The notes beneath the pieces were generated by a model that was not told the DNA's origin, searched no databases, and saw only the letters and a list, made by a program, of their open reading frames with translations. Below are positions 63,237 through 64,000 of a stretch of DNA of 64,000 bases, piece by piece. A program made the translations under genes and the position numbers. The stretch is from assembly GCF_964204645.1 (NCBI RefSeq), contig NC_134028.1:14267653-14331652 (forward strand), given 5' to 3'. Origin of the DNA: Tubulanus polymorphus (taxonomy: Eukaryota > Animalia > Nemertea). The number at the start of each line of letters is the position of its first letter. The stretch's first letter is position 1.

Positions 63237-64000
63237 AGTAATGGGGAATATGTTGTTTCAAGCCAAAGGTCGAAAGGGAATAATTTTTAAGTGAATAATA
63301 TTACTGAATTAATGTTTAAAAATCATTCTCTAATAAAAGAGTTATCGAATGATAAAGATAAAATCTTATTCAATACAATAATTCCAAAATTCACAACATT
63401 TGATGAGATAGATCAACATTTAATAATTACAGATGAAATGCAATCACTTTTTAATAATGAAAATTCACATAAAACATTATTTTTACACTTACTTTACTGC
63501 CCTTTCAGAGAATGCTATGTAATGTTTTTCAGAGCAGAAGAGAAAAGATTTACCCCTGGCATTTCAAATGAAAAATCATTCAAAGATGCTGGAATTCAAT
63601 GTAACTTAGAAAATAAAATCGAAACACCTAAATATGAACCTAATGAAAAAGCGTTATGTAATTGTGGAAAATATTATACTCGAAGCAATAAATTACACCG
63701 TTAAAGAAGTTAAATGGGAACAATCACAGAAAAAATAACAATAAAAAAGTTAATAATTTAAATGATTTGTAAGACAGAATCTTTTAATTTGATTTATTTT
63801 ATATATTTTAACTATAAAAATGAGTGAAAATATATTAAATTTGTTACATCTTATTTACAGAAATCAAGAGCGCATTAAGTTAATCATTATGGTTTCAGGT
63901 TTAGTTTCTTTTACAATTTACTCATTAAAACAGATGAATTCTATGATTCTTGTAAAATAAGATACGCTGAATTAAAAGATAACATTGATTATATCTCAGA
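63237..64000 (+). mobile_element. Polinton-family terminus (copy E) running off the window end
   Basis: Begins AGTAATGGGGAATATG..CAAGCCAAAGGTCGAA, matching the outer ends of A and C; abrupt switch to AT-rich DNA; ORF 63291-63704 ends in a CNCG..H zinc-finger-like motif. Confidence 0.7.

Overview
Eukaryotic (probably invertebrate animal) transposon cluster; no host gene was recognised. It holds parts of five copies of one AT-rich Maverick/Polinton (adintovirus-like) family. Copy A (20216-38879) is near-complete, with HNH, rve integrase+chromodomain, A32-type ATPase, major and minor capsid genes, a membrane-protein block and a disrupted pPolB. Copy A sits inside a decayed BEL/Pao retrotransposon (19939-51609, TSD TATGA), which sits inside the integrase of an older copy B. 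Copies C, D and E are fragments. Other residents are an env-bearing Gypsy remnant fused to a gag-only LTR element, a second Gypsy, a solo LTR, a Penelope element with a hammerhead ribozyme, a Kolobok-like remnant, Helentron-type elements, several MITEs and a 637-unit (GAT)n array. The leading candidate system is the Polinton itself: no protease gene was found, its structural genes carry vaccinia-late-like T-run/N6/TAAATG starts, its ends are fold-back palindromes, and it has a 180-bp perfect internal palindrome. This suggests a virophage-like element dependent on a pox/NCLDV helper (inference). Two unrelated LTRs also share an intron-plus-direct-repeat architecture around their poly(A) signal. 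All family calls come from motifs read by eye; no database search was run.
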